From Leptogorgia sarmentosa (taxonomy: Eukaryota): a stretch of DNA of 64,000 nucleotides. Both the position numbers and the translations under genes were made by a program. How positions within the stretch are numbered: position 1 is the stretch's first letter; each line of letters begins with the position of its first letter. The notes below the pieces were generated by a model. That model did not search any database. It saw nothing but the letters and a program-made list of their open reading frames with translations, and had not been told where the DNA came from. This document shows positions 51,001 through 63,327 of the stretch, piece after piece. The stretch covers positions 19,096,001 to 19,160,000 of the forward strand of contig OZ210885.1 of NCBI GenBank assembly GCA_964658305.1, in the 5' to 3' direction.

Positions 51001-51482
51001 AGACAACAACACTTGACATGTTTTTTAAATTAAGATTCGTAAGTGGAAAAGAGTTCACCGTTCGCCTGCAAGAGCAACAGTTTTACAGATCGTTTTATTC
51101 TAACAAAGATGTCTACAACGTTGCAACGCTGTCATCATGTGCTCTTCTAGATATAGTGCTAGCGAAAGGAGGGCCTGAAGCAATTGCCGAGAGTTTCTAC
51201 AATTGCATGAGAGCTCAGCAACAGTCCGGTGGGCAATCAAATGAAAACCTTGCAAAAAGAACCAAGCTCAACTGGTGTTTACCTCCATTGAAGAAATGTG
51301 ATGGCATCATCAGAGAAGGCATCAGCTTGTTCTTTACAGGAGATGGTCCGGAAGGTGTGTTGAAACCTCACCGGAGTAATTATATGCACTCCAGCCGCGC
51401 TAAGGAGTATGTGGTGTCCAAAGTCGTCGATCGATTGGATGCAGAGCCAGGTCGTTGTCCTTTCCTGGCTGATCAGGAATAA
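48022..51482 (+). pseudogene. Divergent hAT-like transposase with N-terminal zinc fingers; two frameshifts
   Basis: Exon 48022-48172 (CAVC..CSTC..HIIC..CNNC), intron, exon from 48277 with BED-like CLEC..RHKTRWH. Core WATIDKAT, AADGPY, WDAAHLLNL, EAIAESFY. Frameshifts near 48820 and 50730. Confidence 0.75.
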
Positions 51483-52909
51483 CCTCGCAGATTGAGGAGT
51501 TTATTATGTTTATAAGTATGTACAGTAACTGGCGATTGAATGCCTTTAATGTTAAAAATGCACTGGGATTGAAGTTTGTTAAACAATAACTATAAAGTAT
51601 TAAAAATGATAGATCAAGGTTAAGATATTACTGTGAGATCACAACTAAGTACCATGCTGTAACTCAGTACCATGCTGTAAGCCTGTAACTCCTGTATGAT
51701 GCAGATTTTCAGCACGCAGCTCCAATAAATATTTTAGTTGTTTCAGGTATTTTAGTAACTTTAATGTTTGTCAGCAGAGCATGACTCTACTGCTTATCTT
51801 GTATAATTCCTCTATGAATTTTGAATAATTACAAAAAAGAAATGTCATAGTTGATGACTTGTGTTCGCGCATAAAGGTGCAGTAACTAAGTAACTTCTGT
51901 AACTTGTGATACAAGTCATACAACACTAACGACATTCATCATTGGTCAGCAGGGAAAAACTTTCGGTTTCCTATCAGCTGCACGCCTTTTAGGCGCTTCA
52001 GCAGGATTAAACTATTCAAACAACTAACTAATGAAAAAATCTTGGTGGGGGGTATCCCGTATCCGTGTAAGCCGGAAGGCTGGGACCGGCGCACAACTTA
52101 GCATAACTTGGCCCACGGCAACACAACTTGAAATCATCTTCAGCAAGAGGTTTACACGGAATGCACCCTGGAGTATGGTTTTACATTGAAAGGTGGTGGA
52201 AAGAACTTCATCATCGTCTTGAGATACATTTCAAGCAGCAGTTCCACAGAATTTGATGAACGGTATTGTGACTCTGATGATCAAACTGATAGGTATGTAA
52301 TTTCATTTGTAGTTAGTCAACACTTACGTATTTAATACAGCCTTAACTACACAAAAGGATTCAATTCATAACCTGAGTGTCGTACTGTATTATGACATTA
52401 AAGGTGGAAGCCTTGTATGAGGGTGAGATTTTCAAAGCCAGTATTCCTTCACAGTACATTATTCTGTTGTGCCTGTCATGGAACTACATAATTTTCACAT
52501 GAATGAATAGATAAAAACTTTATTGGAACCCTTAACTCTGAAAGAAACAATTCCCAGCCACAAATTCATTATAACAAATTAAATTAAAATAAATAAATCC
52601 ATAATTTCATCATTATTAATTTACTATTTAAAAGTTGCTTTAGAAAGGATTTTCATCAGTGCAGTAAGATTGTACTTGTTAGTTAAAGGCCTACACTCAA
52701 ATCCTTATTTATTAACTTCAAAATACCATATACTGTTTTTTTCGTGCCAAAGTTACTTGTCTTTATATTTTTGTGGCTGTATTAGCGCCAGGTGCATTTT
52801 ACCTTCCACAATGACTGCTAAACCTGACCATGACAGGAGATATAGATATTCTTGTTTATAATATAGATACTGCGAATCCAATTGATAAATTACGGTGGCC
52901 CATAAGGGC

Positions 52910-53162
52910 CACACATTCTCCGTAGAAACATGCACCTTCTCCGTGCAAACACGATGTTATTTCAAGGAAATGAATCTTCTCCGTGGAAATTTGACTTTGT
53001 TCTGTCAAAAATGACCTCTTCTCCGTGCAAGCACATAGATTTTCCACAGAAATACTGAGTTTTTCCCCGGAAATACTTGTAGTGGCCCTAACGGGGCACC
53101 TCTTCTCCGTGGAAATACACAGCTTCTCCGCAGAAACACGCGTCTTCTCTGTGCAAACACGT
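52910..53162 (+). repeat. Iterated CTTCTCCGT(G/A)(C/G)AAA motif within the TIR (mirrored at about 59073-59325)
   Basis: Roughly ten degenerate copies; candidate transposase-binding sites. Confidence 0.75.
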
Positions 53163-53416
53163 GCCTATTCTGACTTTAATTTTAAAATAATTAAAGCCTC
53201 ATAAATATATATTCATAATTTATGCGACGGGGGGATGGGTACCTTTCAAAAATGGATCGATATGATTACAATGTTACATGTTTGTCGGTTGTAAACACGT
53301 GGTAAGCAGTATACCCAAAAAATTTTTATTCAAAGCTATGAAATTGTGCATACAATGCGGAGAGCGTGTTGGGCAAGTTGTGCTCGTACGAAGTTGAATT
53401 AAGAGTTGTAAATATA

Positions 53417-55376
53417 ATGGATGCGGACATTCAACGAACAAATTGCGAGAATTGTCAGGCAGAGATTTTCAATAATTATAACTATTGCAACAAATGTGGA
53501 AGTAGAGTCAACACAGTTGAATCTGGTAAGTTCATAAATTTTTTTGAAAAATAAATTTGTGTTATCTTTATTCAGTCATTTATTCCTGATGCTCTCAAAG
53601 CAATTACATGGAGCATTTTTTTTTTGTTATGGTCAAGCTACTGGTGACCAGTAAAATGTGTACCTTTGCCTGTGGTCCTTCATAAATTTTTGCTACAAAA
53701 AATATTAGTCAAAATTAAAACTAACGTGGCATTGCCACAAATTGCAATAAATTTGTAAAAGTCACCATTTTTATTGATATTTACTCCAATTTTATTACTA
53801 TTGACAGGAGATGAAGAGGTGTTTATTCGACAGTACTTTCATCGTGGTTTTTCATTTGATGTTATATTAGATTTTTTAAGCAAACATCATGGAGTATCCA
53901 TGAGCATGCGCACACTCAAAAGGAGACTTCAAAAGTATGGCCTGAAGAGAAGAAACTGTAACACAGATGAGGAAACAGTACGAAATCTTGTTAGGATGGA
54001 GATGGCTAATGCAGGACAACAGTCTGGCTACCGTACTATTTGGCATGCACTTCGACTCATTCATAACATACATCCACCAAGAAAATTGGTTGCCGAAATT
54101 CTACGGGAGCTGGATCCTGAAGCAAGTAATGCACGCAGGTCTAGAAGGTTAAAGAGGAGAAAATACTTGTCCCCAGGTCCAAATTATTGTTGGCATGTAG
54201 ATGGTGAGTTTGAAATTGTTTCAAAAGCTGTTTGAAATTGTCAGTGCTGGCTTAGGTATTTGGAATTGTAGTATACATCACACCCCACAATGACCATTTA
54301 TTGCTTTTCTTCCACTGGCATTTACTCACCAATGGCTTCATTTTCATGATTTATTTTTTATCAGTAGATTCTCCTGAATGTAGTATCCCAATATTTGTTG
54401 AACAAAAATGTTTCTCTGAGTTTAAGCTCCAGTATAATTGCATCCTCAGCCCTGATTACACAAAATGACCATGTGAAAATGAGGCCATTAGGTATGATTC
54501 AACAAAGGCTATGGTTGTCAGTTGTTGCCCACTGAGTAATGACAGTAATTATTAGCACCCCCAAAAAGGTGCCCCCAAAAGTTAATTCAGTATGATTCTG
54601 TTAAAATAGGTTACGACAAATTGAAACCATATGGGTTTCCGATACATGGGGCCATTGATGGCTACAGTCGTAAAGTACTATGGATGGAAGTAGTCAGAAC
54701 CAACAACTCGCCTCATGTTCCCGCACGACTTTTCCTCGATGCTGTCAAGCAATTAAACGGATGCCCCACTCTGCTAAGGACAGATTGTGGGTCAGAGAAT
54801 GGGATAATGGCAGCGATTCAATGTTATTTCCGGGCAGAGGCACTTGACCAGTTTGCTGGGGAAAGTGCACACAAATATGGAACTTCCACAAGCAACCAAA
54901 GGATTGAGAATTGGTGGTCCCATTTCAGAAAAATGAGATCCCATTGGTGGATCAATTTCTTCAAGGACATGTGTAGCTCTGGTGTGCTTGATGTCAGCAA
55001 TGATGTTCAAAAAGAGTGTCTATGGTTTTGCTTTTATCACATTTTAGATGCAGATATTAAGAAAACCGTAGCAGCTTGGAATTCACACCACATCAGACCA
55101 TCAAGACATGACTGTGTTTCTGGGTCTCCAGACATACTTTTTTATCTGCCTGAGCGGTCAGGGGCTATTGATAATTTGCAAATAGTTCAGGAAGCCAAAA
55201 TAGTTGAAATGGAACTTTGTCACGAGATTAATCGGGAAGATAATGTTGAGGAAAATGACTACCAAGAGTACTTTCACTACCTGATGGAAAATGAAAGAAT
55301 GCAATATCCCACGAGCCCAGAGGAAGCGTTTGATGTTTATCAGCACCTGATGAATATAGCAGAACCTCGACTATAA
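53417..55376 (+). CDS. IS3EU-like integrase-core DDE transposase, 423 aa; exons 53417-53525, 53808-54203, 54610-55376
   Basis: Zinc ribbon, HTH-like SMRTLKRRLQKYGL, GPNYCWHVDG|YDKLKPYGFPIHGAIDGYSR, RTDCGSEN, NQRIENWW, WNSHHIR. Phases consistent and no stops. Confidence 0.92.
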
Positions 55377-55630
55377 TCCTTTATCATGGACCATATCAGC
55401 AAAGCATACATTGTACAAAGTTATCATTTATTGTTATAACTATCAAAGAAAGGTCTGAAAATGGACAGTGTTATTCACAAAATGTTCTTTCCATTCTTGT
55501 TTTTAGTAACAAAAGAATACTTATAGTCTACCAGTAGTTGAAATCTTGAATGTCAAATTGAAGAAAAAACACCATCCCTTATCATATTTACTGAATCAAA
55601 TTTCGAACAAGCAAATCAGTATACTTATAT

Positions 55631-58600
55631 TCACAGATTTCCAAAGCCAACACCTTCTACCATAGCAGAGTCAATATACATATTAAATTCTTCTGGCCCA
55701 GTGGTGTGAACAGGGAAAGTGATACTTAGATCACAGGTCGATGATGTCGGTCTGCATTTACATGTAGCAGGGCAACCATGCTTAAATTTTACTGTGATCC
55801 CTTCGGGGAGACCCAGTGGAGGTACTGCATTTGACCCAGTGATAAACTGAAGCAATTTCGGCAGACACGTTTCCTGGTTTGCTACAGCATAAAATAAATA
55901 AAACTCTAACATTAATGTCAAGTTGCATTATTCATCAAAATGAAATGTAATTATAGTAGAATCAAAATGTACCTTTATATGCAAAAAACTTACCAGAGTA
56001 CTTGCATTCTTCTATGTAATCACTGAAATACTTGTAGATGTTGATTTCAATTTCCTTCATGTTAGAGCCATCTTCACTGAACTCACCATGCATGTTTTGC
56101 AAAAAGGTTTCCGCATTAACTGCAAAAATACTTGATTTTGCAAATACCGGTTCCAGTAACTTAGCATTCTCTTTAATGCTTTGAAGAATTCCAAATGCAT
56201 GTAATCCTTCGATCATTTGGTCCAACATTGGCATTTTGGCAGAAAAGTCAAACATTACAATTGACCTACAATATTAATGAAGTTTGTCATCATGTATTGT
56301 TTTACACCTACTGTACCTGTGTGGGGTATCTAATGTTTGGCAGCAAATTAAAGTCTCAATTGGGGTTTATTTACAGTTTACACATAATCATATAGCAATT
56401 TATTCATTACCCAGCATGGTAAATAATCACCACAGATGGAAAGGTTTTTTTTAACTTAATTTCAAACTGCTTGCAATTTACCTTACAATTGACTCCATGT
56501 TGTTGAAGCTTTCTCTCGATGGGACTCCCCTGTAGCCAACTTTCTCCAGAACGTCAAGTACATTCTCAGAAAGCAGGGTGTCTCTGAATGTTGCTTCATC
56601 TTTACAGTTATGTAACTAGAAGTAAATAAATCATATATCAAGTATTATCTATGAGCTTCCGGCAATGAACTAATTGTTACAGGCTACAATACTCATGTTT
56701 CACTCAACAAAGTATATATACTTTAAAACATCAAGTAGCAGATAAAGTCATATACCTTTTCTATGGTTCTCTTTAGACAAACGTCTTTAACAATATCATG
56801 TGCATCATCAGCCGTAATGCTTGCAACACCATGCACAATATATTGAAATGATGATCGGTTAAGTAGAGCAGGGGCTGGACCACCTTGAACAACCGAGCTT
56901 GCCATAAGTTCTCCCACCACTTTAAATTCTCCCTTTGCAAGGGCAGCCATGTTAGAAACAGGAAATCCATCATGAAACAGTTTCCTACCCATTTGTTCCA
57001 GTGCTTCTGTTGTGAAAATAAAATCCAGTTAATTTACCAGTAAATCAAAGAAAAAATCAACAAGCATCACAAGTTCTACTCACTACCTAAATGATACATA
57101 TGGATAAAGGCATTTCGAGGCCCTTTGCCATGAAATTACTGTGGAGGGCCTTTGCTCAAAATGTCGAATCTGTTTCAACCCTAACCCCAACATATAACAG
57201 CTGTAGAGAGTAAACATAAACAGTATACTGTACCTGAAAAAAATTCCCTTCTGGGACCGCCGTCATCAACAGCTGGTTCCCCAATGAATGTTAATTTCAG
57301 CTTGCTATTTTGGTTGAATTTTTTTCTTCTTATAAGGCGCTCACGTGCATCAACATAATCCTCGTACGCGTATTTTCTCCTGATAGAGATTCTATTGACT
57401 TTTTCTGTGTCAACATGTTGATGAAGACCCAAGATAATTTGCTTGATTTTTTCCAATGGTATACAACTTCCATCATCATCTATTGTTGTACTGACAGGGG
57501 ATTTCTCCATGACTGATTCATCTTGCTCATTTAGCATCTCTGACTGTAAATCAATGTGCACAATACCAACAGGATCAAACTGATCTGCACAAGCATCGGC
57601 ATGTGACTCAATATCATGTATGGGAAAGTCCAAGTAGCAAGTTGGACATCTTGCTTTGGGCTCACAAGACTGATTGGGTATTGTATCTGCAGAAACATTA
57701 GTTTCTAAAAAAGAAACGATGGATGTCTGGGTTTCACTTCCCATTCCTTGTACCGGTACTGACAAGATTTCTTCATCTTCTTCAATCTCATCTATATCGA
57801 CATAAAATTTCAGTTCCATTTCATGTTTTCGAAGGCATTCTAATTTGCATAGATGTAGTGACATTTTGGAGTAAGGTTTTCCCAAATCCTCTTTATAAGC
57901 TTTCAGCGAAAAAAAATCTGAGGACCCCGGTAAGAGATTCACTTCTGTGTTGTCTGGATAGAGAAGAACATATTCATTGATATTTCCATTGAATGAACGA
58001 AAATGTTTGCAGTGTTTATTAAGTGCTGCTTGGAGTAAACCCTTTGTATTGATACTTGTGTCGACAGCAATTGGAAGGGTCCTTCCTTTTAGTAACTTTA
58101 AACAAGAGTCGGCTTCGCTAAACTCCTTTATGCCCACTTGAATTTTTACTTTTTCAACAGTATTAGCTTTAGCCTTGCTGGACTTTGATTTCTTGAGTGG
58201 TAAAGTTGATACTCTCTTGGTCTCTTTTCGCTTTCGGAATTCTTGATAGGTTAAGGAATTATGTTGCCTGGTTTCTGGACTTGCGAGAGAACTTGAACTC
58301 GGAGCTGAAGCAGATTGAGCTGCATGAGATTGACCTTTAATTAATGAATATATAGGAATAGATTTATATAGAATTTCTATATATTTTATTTTTAGAATCC
58401 AACACAATAGATTTATAAATAGTAAAATATTAATATTATATTATTAAGCAAAACCTAAGCAGCTTATATTACATATTACCTAGCTTACCTAGCTATAGTT
58501 ACGAAAATATATTTTCAATAGTTGAAAGTTTGATTTAGGCCATGGAAGCACCGCTTTGATACACAGATATTATATATACCAATTTTGGAAATTATAAATA

Positions 58601-58897
58601 AAAATATGCAATTCTTTACTCCACAATACTACAATAGTACCCCTTACTATTTTGTGTGAATAAGTGGATAGACAAATTGGAGGTTAAATATAGTACTGAG
58701 TCAATTTGAGATAAACTGATAGCTGATTCTTCAGACGACCGGAGTATTATTACTAATTTAAATATTTGCACACATGCTTTCAGAAAATATATAAATAAAA
58801 CATAAATACACTTACTGTTTACGAACATTCCTCCGCAATGCGGACAAAAATTGCTCTCATCCCCAACACGCTCTCCGCATTGTATGCACAATTTCAT
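55631..58897 (-). CDS. HECT-domain (G2E3-like) E3 ubiquitin ligase, 696 aa; exons 58897-58816, 58334-57234, 57006-56756, 56615-56482, 56265-55994, 55881-55631
   Basis: All junctions are GT-AG with consistent phases, total 2091 nt. Zinc ribbon CIQC..CPHC, UBZ-like CPTC..IESHADAC, FIGEPAVDDGGPRREFF, LLQFITGS..VPPLG, catalytic PTSSTC, terminal GFG. Confidence 0.9.
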
Positions 58898-59437
58898 AGC
58901 TTTGAATAAAAATTTTTTGGGTATACTGCTTACCACGTGTTTACAACCGACAAACGTGTAACATTGTAATCATATCGATCCATTTTTGAAAGGTACCCAT
59001 CCCCCCGTCGCATAAATTATGAATATATAATTATGAGGCTTTAATTATTTTAAAATTAAAGTCAGAATAGGCACGTGTTTGCACAGAGAAGACGTGTGTT
59101 TCTGCGGAGAAGCAGTGTATTTCCACGGAGAAGAGGTGCCCCGTTAGGGCCACTACAAGTATTTCCGGGGAAAAACTCAGTATTTCTGTGGAAAATCTAT
59201 GTGCTTGCACGGAGAAGAGGTCATTTTTGACAGAACAAAGTCAAATTTCCACGGAGAAGATTCATTTCCTTGAAATAACATCGTGTTTGCACGGAGAAGG
59301 TGCATGTTTCTACGGAGAATGCGTGGCCCTTATGGGCCACCGTAATAAATTGATACTGTTCTCATTTTTGTTATGTATACTTGGAAGATTTGGTCTGGGC
59401 TGGCCAGGGTGTTAGGTGTGTCGGTATGAAGGGTGCT

Positions 59438-59940
59438 CAGTGGCATATCGCTACCACTGGGGGTCACTGCTATTCGGCCACTTCTGTCCCCCCCCCCCTT
59501 GCTCCACTAAAAATACTAAAATAGGCTGCATGTACGATCTCCTCTTTGCAATCGCAATCTCCATTTGTTAATATACATTTTTTAATTATCATTCCAAAGA
59601 ATCCTGAACACAAATAATATTTGCATTTTATTGAAAATATACTAAAATCCCCATCCGTACAAACGTTGTCAATTTGGACTGTGAATACCCTATGCAAAGT
59701 TCAGTTTCGTGCATCTTTGCACGTTTTCGTTTGACTTTCAAGCCTGCAGCGTTGTTTTTCATAAAATTATAACATAATAACATTAATGAGCAACTCAGCT
59801 TTCAATCTGCCTGTTGTTCACAATTGAATTTCTTAGAATTGTGCTGTCAAATTTTTTATAGTAATTTTTGTCGGGGGCCCCTAAAGCTGCGAGGGGTTTT
59901 CTGTCACTTGACACCCTGACATCCCTTTGTTATGCCACTG
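59438..59940. mobile_element. hAT-type MITE
   Basis: TIR CAGTGGCATA / TATGCCACTG. 8-bp TSD AGGGTGCT, whose right copy is displaced to 63266-63273 by the next element. Confidence 0.8.
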
Positions 59941-60460
59941 AGGGTCATACCTAATTTTAGTGTGCAGTGATAACCAATTTGTGCAGTGATAAAAGTAAAA
60001 TGTGCAGTGATAAAATGCTAAATGTGCAGCAATAAATTTTTAGAAGCAGTGACCTAAAAAATTGAACGATAAAACAAGTAACAGTGAAACATTACAAATA
60101 TAGAGCATGATAAATTTATAATCACGATATATAAAGATGTAAACCAATGTAAACAAAGAAAAATATGGTGTTTCCACTTTCCACTTTCTATCATGAAGAA
60201 AGGGAAATTTCAGGAAATGGAAATTTAAGATATTGTCGGTTGCAACTTTTTGCAACAAAGGACAAACAGTCAAACAGTAGCGGAAAGGAAGTTACAGACA
60301 AGCCATATAGTTGCATTATTGCAATAATTATTGCCCATTTCCACATGAAACGTCATTATTTGTGGAGAACTATTTGCGCTGATCACTCCACAACTGTTCA
60401 CCCTTAGTTGCCAGCGACGGTAACACCATGTGGTAACACCGAAGAACAGAATTTATTAAA

Positions 60461-62864
60461 ATGTCTGATGCAAAACAGCGAAAGATTGAAAGTTTTATAC
60501 CATTAAAATCAGTGGATGCACATTCATCAAAGCAACGACAGCTTAACAACCAACAGATTGAACAAAATGGCCCAGAATTAGCCACTACGTCCACAGAGCC
60601 TACATCTAGGACTTCTAGTAATAGCACTGCCAGTGGAGAATCTAACGATGAAATGGACGAAGATTTTGCAACATATCCCAGTAGTTCTGACAGTGGTCGC
60701 AATTTTGTCGCTTCTGTACCCACAGCATTGGCATCTGAGCTAACAGAAACACAATTGTCATTTGTGAAACCGGATGCGTCCAAATCATTTGCCTCTCATA
60801 AAGACTATTCTATTCAGCCTGTGGCAGGACAGAAACGGAAACGTGTTTTTTGTGTCGTATGTTCAGCAAATCCTGCTATTGTGAAGCGTGCGTGTTACAG
60901 GGGAAGGGTGCCGCCAATTTGTCAACCCGGAGGGACAGAAGCAAGAGAGAAAACAGTTCAAGAACACTTACAGAGCATTGCGCACCAGGAATGTCTCAAA
61001 GCAGAACGCTTAAAAAAACTCTCAGCTGTAGAAAAATCTCAATCTGTGCCACTGGAAAAAATGTTTAGTTCACAGCGTCAGCGGCTGGCCAATAAAATTG
61101 GATCATTGATACTTCATGTATACAATGATGCAAAATGCTTAACGTCGTCTGCCTTTTCCTGGCCGTCAAGGGTAATTGCTGCAAAAATGGCATACGAGTT
61201 TGATTACAACAAACCATTTAAACCGTACAGCCCTTCTAATTTTGACCTGCAGTACATTAGACCTCCAGTTGTGCAGGAACTTTTACAGACCATAGTGTCA
61301 GCTGATTTACCAAGAATTGAGAAAGAAATTGATTCATGCATTGCTGCATCTTTTCGTTGCGATGCATCTATGGACCAAACACAAAAAGGTAATGAATACA
61401 TGCTTCTCAATATCATAAAGAACGATGGGAAAAGGGATCTAAAATTTATTGGTATTGGGCATGTGACAGAACCAGGTGCACCTGGTCATCTGCAAGCACT
61501 TAAATCAGGTGCAGCTGATACTGTTGGCTTAGACAAAGTACTCAAAGTAGTCAATCATCTATCAACTGATGGGGAAAGTAAGAATACTGGGCATTCATCT
61601 GCAAATGCATATAAAGATTTGTGTAAGACTGTTCCAGAAATTGATCATTCGGTAAAGAAGTTATCTGGAATTGCTACATTTTTCCACACCTCAGCAAAGC
61701 GTACCACTGATTTAGAGAAAGTTGGGGAAAAAGAAGGACTAACTGTACGTCGCATTCTGAAATACTTTGAAGTCCGATGGTCAGAGTTTACTGCTGCTCT
61801 TCTTGATTCTATTTTGTGTTCTTGGTGCCGTGTGGAGGCTAACTTATATGTTACTGACCACAGACTGTTTAGTGCTGTAAGAAATGAATCCATTTTGGCA
61901 ATAAAACAGTTTATGGACCAAAGACTTAAAGTTGATAAAAATGCCTCAAAAGCGTTCACCTCTTTCACCAAATTCACAGCAAACGAAGATGATATAAGAG
62001 ATATCCATCACTCTATTGCTCCTGACCTCAGTTTGGGAAATTTGGCTATTCAATTTCAGGAGTTGCAAGACTGTGATGAGATACCAAAAGAAAATCCTCA
62101 CACAGTCCTACAGAGCATTGTGAAAGGAGATCAAGAACATTACTATGAAAATGTTTCTGTTGTTCTTGGCTGCATTCTAGCATGTAAGCCACATTCTGCC
62201 GACTGTGAAAGAGTCATTTCATTGTACAACAAAGTAAAATCAACATGTAGATCATCCTTGAAACCAGGGGCGTAGCCAGCCCTACAAAAGTGAGGGGGTC
62301 CATTCATCCAGTAGATCATATAGAGCTATACTGCGCATACAAATATGTCCAAACGTATTTCATATATTTTAGGCGGGGATGTTATGAACTTGAAAATAAC
62401 AAATGTTTCACAAGTGCACCATAAACCAAACAGCCTAATGTGTGTATATTAATCAAATAATATATTAATCAAATGTTGGGAATCCAATGGTGATTAGCCT
62501 ATGAGGAGGCGTATCCTTATATCCGCTTTTTTACTTGATTTTGAAGGAATTGAAAGACATGTTTTGAATAAAAGTGGGGGGGTCCGGACCCCCCCATTCC
62601 CCCCCGTGGCTACGCCCCTGCTTGAAACGTCAAACTATGAGCGACTACCTCTACATAAACATGAATATGCCACCTCTCTCTGAGTTTGATCCAAGACCTG
62701 CAACTTTGCAATGGATGAATGAGAAGGACCATAGGACAAGAAATATTCCGAAAGCAGGAGAGCAAGATTGGTTCAGCAACGTTTTCCAGCAAGATAACAA
62801 CTTTGATAATCCAGAACTAGCTCAAGGGAAAGCGGACGAAAAGCCAATAAAACGAACGTTTTAG
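60461..62864 (+). pseudogene. hAT transposase interrupted by a MITE, with apparent in-frame deletions
   Basis: CVVC..HLQSIAH, RCDASMD, STDGE, FEVRWSEF, PHSADCERVIS. The frame continues SLK|RQTMSDYLYINMN after removing the MITE. The CxxH region appears deleted. Confidence 0.85.
62265..62620. mobile_element. hAT-type MITE
   Basis: TIR CAGGGGCGTAGCCA / TGGCTACGCCCCTG with perfect 8-bp TSD CTTGAAAC. Confidence 0.95.
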
Positions 62865-63327
62865 GCAATTGTCCCAAAGAATTTGTTCATTGTACATTAC
62901 AAGCCTGTAAAAAGGCTTCTGTGTTGAACTGTGACAACATTTAACTATATCAAACTAAAATGTATCTGGACATTGTTATAACATACTATAGATTTGAACG
63001 ATATTGACTAGGAATTGAAATAAAATTAGCAAGTGACAATCTACAATGATAGGTAAAGGTTTATAGCCTATAGCTCTATAGATCTATAGCCTCCTCAGAA
63101 ATGTTAACATCATGTAAAAAGTCGATTTTGCTATCACTAAATACTAAAAGTAGCCTCTTTTATTTTTAAATTTCATAAGGTCGCGGACAGAAATTTTCAT
63201 TAAAGGCATGGTAACTTTGCGCCAAAATGTGCAGTGATAAAAATTTCTTAAAATTAGGTATGCTGAGGGTGCTCAAGTGTCAGGTTGGATTCTTTCTCAG
63301 CATTCCAAATAACAACTTAATTATGTA

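Larger units (their letters stand above)
39560..52171 (+). mobile_element. hAT-like DNA transposon (12.6 kb including nested insertions)
   Basis: TIRs CCAGGGTGCATTCC / GGAATGCACCCTGG with perfect 8-bp TSD AGTATGGT (39552-39559 and 52172-52179). Transposase at 48022-51482. Confidence 0.9.
52891..59344 (+). mobile_element. IS3EU-like DNA transposon, complete
   Basis: Termini TACGG...CCGTA, 483-bp TIRs (52891-53373 and 58862-59344, about 5 mismatches by eye), perfect 6-bp TSD ATAAAT, and two convergent genes. Confidence 0.92.
59946..63262 (+). mobile_element. hAT element (KIAA1586/ZNF862-like transposase), internally deleted
   Basis: TIR CATACCTAATTTTA / TAAAATTAGGTATG, 8-bp TSD CTGAGGGT (59938-59945 and 63263-63270), subterminal TGTGCAGTGATAA repeats at both ends. 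Confidence 0.93.

Noticed and set aside
52856..53047. Duplicated ORF MENLCACTEK... (also 59188-59415)
   Set aside because: Lies in the TIR motif array, has a non-ATG start, and is duplicated only because the TIRs are.
55631..58897. Host G2E3 orthologue
   Set aside because: It lacks the N-terminal PHD/RING array of G2E3 and is enclosed by TIRs and a TSD, so no gene symbol is assigned.
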